From positions 1-50,014 of the forward strand of contig JAZDLA010000013.1 in the NCBI GenBank assembly GCA_043802425.1: a DNA stretch of 50,014 bases. The letters are read 5' to 3'. Positions 49,869 through 50,014 of the stretch are shown here, in pieces; position 1 is the stretch's first letter; every line of letters starts with the position of its first letter. A program made the translations under genes and the position numbers. This DNA is from Candidatus Omnitrophota bacterium. Its GTDB lineage: Bacteria > Omnitrophota > Gorgyraeia > Gygaellales > Profunditerraquicolaceae. The notes beneath the pieces are model-generated. The model had not been told where the DNA came from. It made no database searches and saw only the letters and a program-made list of their open reading frames with translations.

Positions 49869-50014
49869 ATGGCAGTGATTGATCTAAAGGCACAGATAGG
49901 GCACCTAGTGAATTTACAGACAATTGATAGTGAAATTTATGCGCTGAAAAATGAAAAGGAGTTAAAGCCCAAAGAGATTGAAGCTATTGATGCTTCCTTT
50001 GAGGAGAAAAAAAA
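49869..50014 (+). CDS. 5' part of a coiled-coil protein (possibly COG1579 zinc-ribbon family), truncated by the window end
   Basis: ATG at 49869 after GAAAGG. MAVIDLKAQIGHLVNLQTIDSEIYALKNEKELKPKEIEAIDASFEEKK is open to the window end. The N-terminal pattern resembles COG1579-type proteins. Not in the ORF track because no stop is reached. Confidence 0.4.
   Translation, partial: MAVIDLKAQIGHLVNLQTIDSEIYALKNEKELKPKEIEAIDASFEEKK

Overview
50,014-nt window in which every credible gene (about 50 CDS and 3 tRNAs) lies on the + strand. Gene content and style suggest an uncultivated PVC-group/Omnitrophota-like bacterium: DUF1559-like pseudopilins, tightly overlapping operons, and short-period repeats at gene borders. 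That placement is inference only. In order, the window contains: (1) an orphan pseudopilin and a CHASE2/HD-GYP c-di-GMP phosphodiesterase; (2) rplM-rpsI; (3) a 666-bp highly structured non-coding gap; (4) one long biosynthetic block, argCJBDFGH-lysA-dapF-dapA-dapB-dapL-folK-panC-nadX; (5) a tiny, very basic internally duplicated protein; (6) uvrA; (7) a large TPR protein with ExbB/ExbD/TonB-like genes and three small accessory genes; (8) a compact T4P/T2SS-hybrid operon (HTH, PilM-PilN fusion, PilO, PilP-like, secretin, MshEN-type ATPase, platform, four prepilins); (9) tRNA-Ala followed by a hairpin/direct-repeat array; (10) an AmmeMemoRadiSam locus (radical SAM enzyme plus a Memo-AMMECR1 fusion) and a DsbD_2-like membrane protein; (11) rsmE and mtaB; (12) a self-contained three-gene cassette of two secreted tail-fibre/collar-like paralogues and an S26 peptidase; (13) cvpA, a NIF3-like gene, dnaG, rpoD; (14) tRNA-Met(CAT), tRNA-Val(CAC) and a truncated CDS. 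The strongest novelty candidates are four. First, the 42.9-44.7 kb cassette, whose two secreted proteins share a strictly conserved mature N-terminus and sit next to a private signal-peptidase homologue. Second, the AmmeMemoRadiSam proteins carry signal-anchor-like N-termini that are encoded by A-rich/T-rich heptamer repeats. Third, a dispersed family of 7-8-nt tandem repeats, a 15-mer, and a 22-nt GC palindrome sits at gene borders and has entered coding sequence (argC, mtaB, the HD-GYP gene, the TPR gene). Fourth, there are structured non-coding regions at 3952-4617 and 37316-37595. No CRISPR array, rRNA, transposase or integrase was seen.
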